DNA of 64,000 nucleotides from Paragordius varius (Eukaryota > Animalia > Nematomorpha). The notes beneath the pieces are model-generated. The model was not told the origin of the DNA. It saw only the letters and a list, made by a program, of their open reading frames with translations, and did no database searches. Shown here in pieces: positions 40,682-54,700 of this stretch. The stretch is from the NCBI GenBank assembly GCA_964247055.1, contig OZ176055.1, positions 434,001 to 498,000 of the forward strand, written 5' to 3'. The translations under genes and the position numbers were made by a program. The stretch's first letter is position 1. The number at the start of each line of letters is the position of its first letter.

Positions 40682-42120
40682 TCATAACAGTAGGGGTGAG
40701 GTAAATTGTTGTTCATCGGGCGTTTGATTTATACGCTAAAATAAGTTGATATATAAAGAAGGATTAGGTTAATTATATGATAAAATAATTTTAAGTGTTA
40801 CTTTTCAAACGTTTACGTAACTAAAGTTATTAGCACATTTATGCAAGATTTGAAAGTCATTTAAATTATTAAAATATGTAATCCATGATAAAAAGCTACA
40901 CCAAAAACTTAATTTAACCACCATAGTTTAAAAAACACTTTTAAATACTTTAATGCATTCAAAACAACTTAAATAGTTTAGACTTTTTATTGAAAAAATT
41001 CTTCGTTTAAAACACTAAAAAAAGTGCTATCAGGGTAATACCTGAGAAACTTCAAAGAGCCAAATATGTCCAAAATCATCACCAACTGCCAGATGAGTTC
41101 CGGTCGAAGACCATTTAACACTATTGAGCGCATGTTTAGATATTGATTCGGAAAATAAGGGTTCCTACAACCATATAAATATTTTAACTTATATACGCGT
41201 TTAATTTATTTAAAATGCTATAACTATATATTATACGATTTTTTTTTAAAATTATACTCAAAAACATACATTGTGTATATAATAAAAAAATAATAGCCTT
41301 TAACGAGAAAATAATATTTTTCTTAAAATATAATCATGGGATGTGAACCAATAAAATATATAATTTAATACAAACAAAAATTAATTGCTATGATATAAAT
41401 TTATTTCTAAATTTAAGGTATGCTAAAAAACATTGCAAGTTTTCATATATCCATCCTAAAAAGCATATTATTGGCTTAGAGTTGGTTAGTGTTTGTTTGA
41501 AAATTACATTATTTTCTTTACATCATTCATTTTTAGCCAATATTATTTCTCTTGATTGTAATACCTATCCACAATTTCTGAAAAACAGTGGCAATACATA
41601 TTTATAGTTTTAACTTAAAGCAGGAATGTTCAACACAAATGGTTTTGCGGGCCGCATTCAAATCAATATGACCACACACATATATATAGATATATATTTT
41701 ATAAAATTTTATGTATAAAACCGTAAATTACTTATGTATTTCACATTTTAGCTAGTTCATCCTGGCCAAATAAGAAGACTAGCTCAGTAAATTTGTTTAA
41801 CAAATATCATTAATTTTACTTAGAATATGCACTTTTTAATCATAAAATATATTATATTTGGCATTTCGTTAAAAATGTTGTGTGTTTTCCTACTTCCAGT
41901 GAATGCATTAAACTGTAAAGTTGAAGTGTTCCCGACCCTGTACCCAAAGCGAATAAGGCCGGATTCGTGGGGGACCATTGGACACAATAAACATATTCTT
42001 CGAATGAATCTATACTCCATATTGCGTTTCTCATCACGTTACTGCTTTCTTTATTCGTGTGAACTGGATAAGATTCTGTAGATAAATTATGATGAAATTT
42101 GCATACAAATTTCGTTTTTT

Positions 42121-42162
<42 letters not shown>

Positions 42163-45100
42163 TATAATGAACAAAAATGTTTAAAACGTATGATGTAATA
42201 AAAAAACATTTCTTTTATGCCATTTGCCAGTTAAAGCACCATTTTTTCAACGAAATACAACATTTCATAATTGTATTTACTTGGAAAACCTTGCGTTTGC
42301 TGAAAAAAATATTGCGTTTGCTTAAATTTGTTACTTTAGATAAAAAAATTTCGCTAACAAATTTTATATCTTAACATAAAAAATACTATTTAGAGTGGTT
42401 TCAAGGTGAGCGTTTGTAGTCGTAAATTTTGAATTGATTATATCACCACCATTGTAATTACTAATGGATGCGTTTTCATCAACGACGTTATTTGTTTGAG
42501 AAGTTAAATTAGTCGTAAGATTAGTTTGTTGTTCTTCAATCAATGTTGAAAAAACTGGGAATCGCATTAAATAAGGGGCTACGTCTTGCTTATTCTAAAG
42601 ATAGGTAGGTAGGTAGACAAGCAAAATTATTGTTTTAAGCCAAATACTCCATGAGGCCCCTTCAAGAGTGACCTTAAACACTTAAAATTGGTTCTTGAAC
42701 TGTTCAAGTTCAGATTTAACCATAAATTATGTATGTATGTATGTATTTTAATAATTCATTATATATTTATTTATTTAAAATTATTATTTTCATTTATAAA
42801 CCAATTTCTTGTTGTTTCAAACTAATTTTATCCAATTCAACAATTTTATTTGATTATGAATGTTTTCAACGAAAAAATGTAATTAATATCTAAAAAACTT
42901 GTATTTTCATCTATTATAAGTTAAAACCTTATTGAAATCAATAAATTTTTTAAAAACTCAAGAATACGGTTTCTGAATGATCAAAATTTGGTTAAATCAA
43001 GAGAATAGGTTAAAAATAATAACATTAATGATACACAAAAAGGTAAAAACAATAAAAAAATCAACATGTTGTGTTCAAGAAAAAACTTGAAGTGTTCAAG
43101 AACAGTCTTGAAGTGCAAACGGTATATATATATATATATAAACATAGTAAAAAATTAAATTTCACATATAAAACGGAAAAATATTTTAAATGGGGTTATT
43201 TTTTAGATATTATATATGCAATTATAATTCAGCTAAAATTATATAAATTTATTATAATATTTCGATTACTACAAGTAATCTTTGTCAAACGTAAAAAAAA
43301 ATATAAACTAAAATTTAATATAAACCAAAAATTTATTATTATACTTTAAGAGACCAAAGTTTAACACTCCAATCCGTGGAACATGTAATGAAAAAGTGAT
43401 TATATTCAGTCAGGGGTGAAGGATTAAAACAGATATCAAGGACGGGTCCGGAATGGCCTTCAAACACTTCATTTATTCCACTTTTTCTAAGGTACATTAT
43501 AAAGATGGGAGTTATATTTATTAATTTCGAATATATACGGATATAATTTTATATAAATAATTAATAGATTTCCATATTAAACAACACTTTGCCTCAAATA
43601 TATTCGAAAAAAAACGGGTAAAAAAAGCAAAATATAAAGGTAAAATTTAGTCAAAAACCAAATTTTTAGACATTGTTTATATGTTTATTTTAAATATTTT
43701 CCCTTTGAGAATAACATACAAAGCTCTCGTCCCATTCTTAATACCATCATTACATTGAAAAAATACATATTATATCTTAAATTAAAAAACCCAATATGCA
43801 AAAACAGGAGTGTACCATGCAAATGGCTTCGCAGGGCGAATTAATTTAAAAAAACCGGGCACGCCGCTTTCGAATTATATATAGATATATATATAGAGGA
43901 ATTTTTATTTAAACATAAAAAAAGTATGTTAAATGCAAACACATACAATTTAACAATTTTGTCTAATTTACCGAAATTATAAAAAATATAAATTTTAAAA
44001 AAATTTGTTTAAAAATATAAATTTTACAGGATTTTGTCACTAATTTTTCGCTTTCCGCATGTCAGACACCCCTGAGACTAAAAAAACTAGCATTTATTAA
44101 TTTGAAGATAAGTTATGAAAAAAATATAAAAAATTCGATTTTTAAAACAACTATCTAACAAATAAAAAGCAAATATTAGGAAGTAACTTACGTTCCCAAT
44201 CTGCGTGCACTAAAACACGGACCCTGTTCAGTTCCTACAACTAAATAATTATCATCAATCAGGGATGAGGAAGCATTTAAGTCTTTGGACGACTTTTGTA
44301 AGGAATAATTGCTATTTTTGTTCGTTGAGTTTAAGACAAATGGATTATTTAAATCTAATATATAGATAGAATATATCTTACAGTATGCCTATAAATGGTT
44401 GCTTATTTAACACTATATAATTGGGCAATATTCCTATCAACACACACAGTAGAGTGTATATGGAAAAACAACAATAATGAAATGTTGTTGAATATACAAT
44501 TTTTTCTTACTTTCTTTCTTTTTTTCTTTTTTTCCATACACTACTGTGTTAAGGATTGCAAATTTTCCTACTAGATAGATATATATATATATATATATAT
44601 ATAGTTGCATACTGTAATGTATTTCTATTTATATATTAACATTATTCTCATAAGTAAGTTGTTTTGAATTTCAATAGTGCCTGCAAATTAAATGGCTTGT
44701 GGTACTTATCAATAACTTTTCCAAATTTGATACAAAATTATTTGAATACAAACAACAATTTGTGGGTTTTTTTGGGAAATTACGATTATAATAGGCTAAA
44801 AACAAAAGGGAAAAAATATTTTTTTTAATTGCCTTAAATACATTAAAAGGAAAGGCTTTAATTTAATTTTTTTTAAAAAGAGAATTTTATAAAATAGGAA
44901 TAACTAAAATTAAGTTTTTATAATATTTTTATATATTTATAAATCTTGATAATATTGAAATTACAAAAAAAGTTTTTAACAATTTTATTTTTGGATTAAA
45001 ACAAAGAAACTAAATTATTAAACAAAAAAAACCATTAATATTATTTATTGTGGATGATGATGATTGGTTAATGTTTGGGGAAGGGAAACTTAAGCACGTG

Positions 45101-48100
45101 ACCGATGAGATTCCTAGGCTTGCACCCGTGAGCACGTGATGTGGATCGGTGTCACGTGCTCTGGCCATCGAAGCGCTGGCATTTGATTGGTTTAGCAAAC
45201 TGGTTGATTGAGCAGAAACCGGTAAGACTAAGGATGGGGAAGGTCCTATATGTATATAGATATACGATTTAGAGTTCAAATCCACCCCTGAACAATTCAA
45301 ATTCCCTCGAACAATTGAAACTCACCTTTAAACAATTCAAATTCACCCTAAAAATAAATTATGTATTTTCGAACTAATATAACTCATTATTAATATGAAA
45401 TATTTTAGGTTATAGTTTATTCTTTTTTCAGTATTATTTTAATTTAAAACAAAATTTTTATTTTTTAAAAATATATAAAAATATTGGTAATTTTTGAAAC
45501 TAAAAACATATATTTTATTTAAGGGTGAATTTGAATTGTTCAAGGGTGAATTTGAATTGTCAAGGGTGAATTTGAATTGTTTAAGGGTGAAATTGAATTG
45601 TAAATGGTATATTATATTGAGAGAATGTATTAATAATGTACTTATTCATTTAAACAAGCTATTTGGAATTACAGTAAAAATTGAAATTATACGGCAAAAT
45701 GTATTTGAAAAAATAAAGACAAATGTTTTTTCCTAAAAGACAATCCCATATTTTTTAAATCTATATTTTTTTGACATTATTGATTGTTATAAACTCTCAA
45801 AGTATAAAATGGAATGTAAATTGGTTACACAATCAATCATGTATTTAACGATTGTATTTAAATGATTATTTAGGATATATTGAGGTTTGTATGATTGTCT
45901 TTTGGAAAAAAATTTGTTTTTATATTTTAAAGTTTTATCCGTATAATTTTAATTTTTACTGTAATTATATAAGATACGTAAATTTTAATTTTCAAACTTT
46001 TGTAAAGTGAAAAATTTTTTTGTAATTAAAAAACGAAAGGGAAATGTTATTATTAAACATAGGTTTTTTAAAACAAAATTTTTATCTATATTCTGAGTTT
46101 TTTTCAAAAACAAAATATGGATTTTTAAAGTCTAAATTTAAAAAATATAATGATGAATTTAAGCTCTTTTTTATGTTAAATTAACACTTTAAATTAATTT
46201 TAGGTTTAAAAATATTCTCGTTAGTATAATGGTAAAATGATGAAACTGTCTCAAAAATATTATGATATCTCTTAAAATAAAAATTTTAAATAAGGTTAAT
46301 ATAATACAAAACCATAAGTTTAAAAATTAAATAAAAATTTATTTATGATATTTAATTCGACTATTTAATTTACAGTATGCATTTTAATGGTTGCTTATTT
46401 CACCACACTATAGTAGGGGGCAATTGCAACACTACAGTAGTGTATGGAAAAAAACAACAAAAAGTTTAAATAACCAATTATTTCCTTTCTTTTTCCATAC
46501 ACTACTGTGTTGTGTTGCAAATTGATGTACTATAGTGTTAACGCTTTAAATAAACCAAATTTTTCAAAGTAAAACAAAAAAAAATGAAAAATAAAAATAT
46601 AATTTCAAAGCAATTAGAATATTTTTATTCATTAATTTTATACTCAAACTAAATTTTTAATATAATAAAAAAATTTAAACTTATAACTTTTTTTAAAAAA
46701 AATCGAAAAAATATAATGTATTAACCCACCAAGGAAATCAAATAGAGTTAGACTATGTTTAATAATTAATTCTTCACTCAAACTCAGTTCTAAATGACTA
46801 AAAAAGCCTATTTTTTTTAAAAAATGGACTTCCAAATTTTTTTCAAAAAATCAAATTGTAATACATTTACACCCAAGTATATTAATTAGAGTTAGACTAA
46901 TTTTATCAATTCTAAACTTAAAACTCAATTATTAACAATTAATATTTTATTCTATATAACTAAAAAAGTAAACTTACAATTTTTTAAAAAAAATCGAAAT
47001 TGTTAAAACAAAAAAATGTAATATAATAACCCACCAAGTAAATCAAGTACGGTCAAAGGAGTAGCAAAAGAGCCATCTAGAGACCATTCAAGCAATTTTC
47101 CATCAGTTGAGAGGGAAAGGAGACTGTTTGAGCTTTGACTGCTTCCAATCATTTGTAATCCACATATAGGGTGCTAATCATAAAATTATTTACAGTAAAA
47201 ATTTCTAAAATTATAAAGACAAAACGTAATTAAAGGAATACATCCTTACTAACTATATATTTCGATAAATTAAAAATTTTAAGCTATAAAAACGCGAAAA
47301 CCAAAAGAATACATTCTTACTAACTATATATATATCTTAATATTTTTAAAATAAATTTTAAATTAAAATTTTTAATTATACGGACGAAAATCAAAAGAAT
47401 ACATTCTTATTAACAATATCTCTTGATATTTTCTAAATAAATTTTAGTAAAAATTATATATTATAAGGACAAATGTATAATAAAGTAATTTACCATACTA
47501 ATTATATATCTTGATATTTTCTAAATATAAATTTACAGTAAAAATTTCTAAAATCATAAGGAAAAAATGTAAAATTTAAGGGATACATCCATACTAACTA
47601 TACATCTCGATGTTTTCTAAATAAAATCCTATTTAAAATTTATAAATTATGCGAACAAAACGTAAAAATTAAAGGAATATATCCATACTTACTATATATC
47701 TCGTTATTTCAAAATTACAGTTAAAATTGTAAATTATAAAAACAAAAAACGTAAAAATTGAAGAAAAACATCCATACTAACTATATATCTCGATATTTTC
47801 TAGAAAATTATTATTTACAGTAAAAATTTCTAAAATCATAAAGAAAAATGTAAAAATTAAAGTAATTTACAACCATACTAACTATATATCTTGATATTTT
47901 TAAGATAAATTTTGAATTAAAAATTTTTAATTATACGGACAAAACGTAAAAATTAAAGGAATACATCCTAACTATATATCTCGACAAAATAAATTTTACA
48001 GTAATTCTATATTATACGGAAAAAACGTAAAAATTAAAGGAATATATCCATACTAACTATATATCTTGATATTTTTTTAAAAAATTCCCATTAAAAATTT

Positions 48101-51100
48101 ATAAATTATACGAAAAAGTAAAAACCAAAGGAAGAAACAACCATACTATTTATTTATTGATATTTTCTAGATAAAATTTACAGTAATAGAAATTTATAAA
48201 TTATATATAATCCTTACTAACTATATCTTGATATTTACCAGATAAAATTCATAGTATTATAAATTTATTATACGGACAAAACGTAAAAATTAAAGAAATA
48301 AACAACCATACTAACTATATATCTCGATATTTTTTAGATAAATTTTAAATTAAAAATTTTAAATTATAAAATCGTAAAAATTAAAGAAAAACATCCATAC
48401 TTACTATATATCTTGTTTAAAGATAAAATTTATAGTATTATAAAATTCTAAATTATAAGGAAAAAATGTAAAAATCAAAGGGATATATTTATGCTTACTA
48501 TATTTCTTTTTATTTTCTTAATAAATTCCCATAAAAAATTTTAAATTATACGAAGAAAACGTAAAAATTAAAGGAATAAACAACCATACTAACTATATAT
48601 CTTGATGTTTTCTAGAAAAATTCTGAATTATAAGGAAAAAATGTTAATTTCGAAAATTTTACGGACAAAACGTAAAAATTAAAGGGAGACAATCATACTA
48701 ACTATATATCTTGATATTTTCTAGATGAAATTTACAGTATTATAAATTGATAAATTATACGGACAATATGTAAAAAACTAAAAGGACAAAATTTTGTAAA
48801 AACTGTTAAATTCTATTAAAAATCAGAAAATGCAATAGATTTAAATGGCATAAAATTTGTTGTCTAGTGTTATAAAGTATGATCTTAACACATTTATTAT
48901 AAAATTTAATCCTTAATCATACAGGTAAAATGGGTAAAATCAAAGATTACACATATAGTTTTTCTTTATAAACCACAAAAATTATTTATATTTTTTTACT
49001 TTTTTGTTTTACCCTCATTTTTTTTTCTTAGATATATAATTAAGTAGACCAATTTAAATTTTATTTCTTATTCACACACACAACACTAATAAGTCTGAAG
49101 GAAAATCATTTAAGGATACCGACAATATTTGGTTTTTTCTGGCTTATATAACCACAAAAAATATTATTTTCTATTTTTACTTTTTATGTTTAACCTTATT
49201 TTTATCTTAGATATATAATTGAAATAATCAATTTTTTTATTCACAACCCTAATAAGTAATACATAAAATCATTCAAGGATACTCACAATATATGGTTTCT
49301 TTTCCTTATATAACCACAAAAAATACTGTTTCTATTGCAACTTTTAGGCCTATATAACCCCTAAAAATACTGTTTCTAATTCTATTTTAGACTTATAAAA
49401 CCACAAACATACTGTTTCTATTTCAACTTTTTAGGCATATATAACCCCAAAAAATCTTTAAAATTCACTCTTTTAATATATCAAAATCTAAATTTCAAAT
49501 TAATCTATAAATTAAAAAGTTGTTATACAGTGTGGGCTTTATGAGTAAGGGGTGTCCTTTGAACCGGGGTACTTTTGTTAGATCGATTATCCCAAACAAC
49601 TAATTGACCGGAATAACAGCCACCTATGATTAGGTTGGGGTGCCATTTCGTCGCAAATATTACGTGGGAAATTATGCTCTATAAGATAATATGTGACAAA
49701 ATAAATTGCAATTTATACATACGGACAAAATATAAAGACAAAAATCTTTTTACAAGGATAAACCTTACTTATACCTTTTTTTAAAGCTTAATATATCTTA
49801 AATATGCATTTTAATAGTTGCTTATTTCATAGTATAGAGAAGGGAGGTAATTTGCAACACAGTACTAGAGTGTATGGAAAAAAATGAAAGGAAATAATTT
49901 TTTATTCGCCATTTTGTTGTTTTTTTCCATACACTACTGTAGCGTTGCATATTGTGTAAAATAAGCCACCATTAAAATGCATATTGTAAATTATTTAATT
50001 AATTGGAAAATACCAATTTATATTTCTATTTCATACTTTTAGGTTTGAAATAATGCGTTATATTTAAAAAAAATAGATATAAAAAGTATATGGTTGTCTC
50101 TTTCGATAAAAAAAATTGTCTTTATATATTAATAGGTCCTTATCATTTCAAATTTTATTTCAAAAAACGGTAATTTTTTAAGATTGAATCTATAAAACAC
50201 ATTTAATTCAAACTCATTCCGGGAAAATTAGGGTAAAATACTCAAAAATTTATTTTTTATAAATAAAATGCACAAAAAAAATTTATATTCACATTTTTAT
50301 ATATCAAAATGAAATATAATTTTTTACCATTAACGGTAGGAATAATAAAGATGTGAGAAAATCTGCAAATATAACTAAATTTCAAAAAAGATATCACAAA
50401 TTTATGCCAGAAAATATAAAACATTTTCTTTGAATATATTTCAAAAAATTTTTGAAAAAACTCACAAAAACTTCTAAAATAAAAAAATTATCTAAAAAAC
50501 TTTTTTTTAATGCCATTGAAAAATGGGGCGATTTATAGTAAATAAGTAAATACTTGATAAGTCAAAATGTATTCCGGTTCAAGATTTCCAAATCGTGTAT
50601 TCCACACGCAAACTAAACCGGCGGAAGTATCAAGATCAGCTGATTTTAAAGGACCAGCACCAGCTGTAGAAATAAAACTATTTTCAGTCGTTAAATTTTG
50701 ATTATTTAATAAATTTTGATTATTTTGATTTTGATTATTTAATGTTGATTTTGCCATTAATGTTCCATTTCGCAGTAATGGTAAAGAAGATGGGAGGCCT
50801 TTATAGTAAGAGGCTACTAAAAGTTCAGGGAACTAAGGAAAAAATAGAAAAAAAATAGAAAAAATTTTTTTTAAAAAAAGTGTTAAAAAATTATGTTTTC
50901 TGTAAATGTAGTATATTAGATTAAAATATCATAATTCTTGATTGAATAAAAATTATTGCATAAAATAATTTTTAGAAAACAACTTCAATTACTGGTTTTA
51001 AAGTGTTTTAATTGAAATTATACGGACAAAACGTGAATATTAAGGCAAATATTTTTTTCTAAAAGACTACCATACTTTTTGAATCTTGATTTTTTTGAAT

Positions 51101-51728
51101 ATAACTCATTGTTTTAAAATTTAAACTACAAAGTTTAAAATAGATATGGTAATTGGTAGCACAATCAATTATATATTTATATATATACATAAAATATAAA
51201 TTAAATAGTTTATTTAGGATAAATTATGGTTTAAAAAAGTATGTGGTTGTCTTTTGGAAAATAAAATTTGTCTTTATATTTTTACATTTTGTTCGTTGTT
51301 TAATTTCAATTTTTACTGTAATCATGTTTTTTTGCTTGTGAATTGAAAAATGGTAAATCATTTAAATTGATTAAAATGATTAGGTATAAATTTAAATTTG
51401 TATAAAAATATTTTATAAAATAACTACTTAGAAAACAATAATATCTCTTTTTTATGGGTTTTTTTGAATTCACTTTTGATTTTATAATGTTAGAACTACA
51501 TAAGGGTTTTATGAAATAAAAAATTGTTTTTAAATTAATAAACATTTTTATGTTTAATTCCTTTTTTTGAAATGAAAAATTAAAATTTTTATTAAAATTT
51601 TAAGATAAAAAATTAGATGGCGATTTACTTGAGTACTCCAATCCATGCTTGTTATACTTCTATTGGCACATAACGTTTCATCCATAATAGTATGTTTTAG
51701 AGTTAAATAATCATCACTATCTTTATAC

Positions 51729-51790
<62 letters not shown>

Positions 51791-54700
51791 CCATTTACAG
51801 TTCAAATTCACCTTTAAAAATTTAAATTCACCCTTGAAAAATTCAAATTCACCCTTGAACAACAATTCAAATTCACCCTTAAACAATCAGTTACAATACA
51901 TCTTTAAAAATTTAAATACACCCTTAAACAATTCAAATTCATTTGAACAATTTCAGTTTACCCTTAAACATTTCAAATTAATCTTTGAAAAATTTAAAAT
52001 CACCCTTTTGAACGATTCAAATTAACCCTTGAACAATTCAAATAAATCCTTTAACAATTCAAATCACCTTTGAACGACAATTCAAATTCACTCTTGAACA
52101 ATATTCTATTTCACCCTTGAACAATTCATATTCACCCTTGAACAATTCAAATTCACTCTTAAACAATCAGTTCAAATTAACTCTTGAACAATTCGAATTC
52201 ACCCTTAAACAATTCAAATTCATCCTTAAACAATTCATATTCACCTTTTAACAATTCAAATTCACTCTTGAACAATCAGTTCAAAATCACTCTTGAACAA
52301 TTCAAATTGAATTCACCCTTGAACGAAAATGTAAATTGCTTGAACAATTCAAATGCACACTAAAAATAAATTATGTGTTTTCGAAATAATGTTGCAATTC
52401 ATGGCGCATAGTTTATTGTTTTTTCAGTATTATTTTAACTTAAAACAAAATTTTATTTTTGAAAAATATATAAAAATATACGATGTATTTTTTATCTTAA
52501 AAAACACATAATTTATTTAAGGGAAAATTTATATATCGTTCAAGGATGAATTTGAATTGTTCAAGGTTTAATTTGAATTGAAGGTGAATTCGAATTGTTT
52601 AAGGATGAATTTGAATTATATATGGTACAGATATCTGTAGGAATTTACAGCATGCATATCAATGGTTGCTTATTTCACACTATAGCTGGGCAATTTGCAA
52701 CACAACAGTAGTGTATCGAAAAAAGAAAGGAAAAAATTGTTTTTCTTAACATTTTGTTATTTTTTTCTATACACTACTGTAGTGTTGCAAATTACCCTAC
52801 TATAGTGTGCATGAAATAAGCAATCATTAAAACATGCATACTGTAATACCTAACTTAAAAAAATAATATATTATTATAGATGCTTAATAATGAATGTATA
52901 ATGTATAAAACGAAATAATTTGGGAATATAAAATCAAAAAACATTAACTCTCCCCTCGCTTATGATATAATAAATGTTAATTAAATAATTTAATATTATC
53001 CTTGATTCTTTTTTCTATTCAAAGAATTTTTTTACATAGATATAGAAATTGTTTGCAATAAGCCAACCCGCATATAATTAAATAAAAATAAAATTTAAAT
53101 TACAAAACTGATATTTATTATTCAATAATGCATTTAATGATTGATTTTCAGAGGGACTATGAACTGTTTAAGGGTATATTTAAAAATTTAAAAGGTCAAT
53201 CAATTTTTTCATATAAAATAGTTATAATTATACTAACCCGCTTCTAATTAGTTAAAAATTTAAATTACAAAACATAAATTTTATTATTTAATAATAATGT
53301 ATAATATAATATAGATTTTCAGGGTGAATATGAAATGTTTAAAAGTATATATATTTAAGGTTTTTCAAAGGTTAATCAATTTTTTTACATAAATATAGAA
53401 AAAGTTCAAAATAAGCCAACCCGCTTATAAATAGTTAAAAATTTCAATTACAAAACAGATATATTCAATAAATTGATTTTTCAGGTGAATATAAAATGTT
53501 TAAGGGTATATATTTAAGCTTTTTTCAAAGGTTAATCAATAAATTATAGGTATATATAAAATTTAAATTATTTTACCTAGATGAGTTTAATGAAGTATCC
53601 CTGGCATAATCAACTGTTATATCATAGGGTTCGCACAGAATACGTTTAACAATTTTAATGCCATGTTCAACGAAGGCTAAGAAATTTGCATCATTCAAAA
53701 CGCGAGTTTTTTCAACACTATCCATTTCTTCAACTATATATATATATATATAATTTAATAACCCTAGAACAATTCAAATTTACCCTCGAACAATTTAAAT
53801 TCACCCTCGAACAATTTAAATTCACCATTGAAAGACAATTCAAATTCACCCTTAAACAATTCAAATTCACCTTCGAACAATTTAAATTAATAACCCTAGA
53901 ACAATTAAGATTTACCCTCGAACAATTCAAATTCATCCTTAAAGAATTTATATTCCTCCTTGATCAATTCAAATTCACTCTTGAACAATTCAAATTACCC
54001 CTTGAACAATTCAAATTACCCCTTGAACAATTCAAATTCACATTCGAACAATTTAAATTAATAACCCTAAATTCAAATTCACCCTTAAACAATTCAAATT
54101 AACCCTTGAACAATTCAAATTCACTCTTAAAAAATTCAAATTCACCCTAAAACAATCTAAATTCAACCTTGAACAATTCAAATTCACCATTGAAGGATAA
54201 TTTAAATTAACCCTTAAACAATTCAAATTCTCCCTTAAACAATTAAAATTCCCCCTTGAACGACAATTTAAATTCAACCTTAAACAATTTTAATTCACCC
54301 TTGAACAAATCAAATTCACCCTTAAACAATCTAAATTAACCCTTGAACAATTCAAATTCACCTTTCAACAAAAATTAAATTCACCCTTGAACGATTCAAA
54401 TTCCCCCTGAACGACAATTCAAATTCACCCTTGAACAATTCAAATTCACCCTTAAACAATTCCAATTCACCCTTAACAATTTGAATTCACCCTTAAACGA
54501 CAATTCAAATTCACCCTTAAACAATTCAAATTCATCATTAAACAATTCAAATTAATTCACCCTAAAATAAATTATGTGCTTTTAAGATTAAAAATTACCT
54601 TTATTTTATAATAAAAAAAAATGAAATTTTGTTTAAAATTAAAATAGTACTCAAAAAATATTAAACTAAGCCATAACGATATATTTCAAATTCATGATGA

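Noticed and set aside
45010-45032. Possible 23-nt intron after dynein exon 11
   Set aside because: It leads to a stop within a few codons. The conserved sequence continues at 44354.
53686-54277. ORFs with LEQFKFT / RVNLNCS repeats (also 45494, 51554 N-terminal part, 51834, 27323, 35669)
   Set aside because: They are translations of 21-bp non-coding arrays (7-codon period). Only the 51629-51728 portion is a real exon.
51790-54560. Regular short repeats that might be read as a CRISPR array
   Set aside because: Contiguous tandem units without unique spacers, no cas genes, eukaryotic context.
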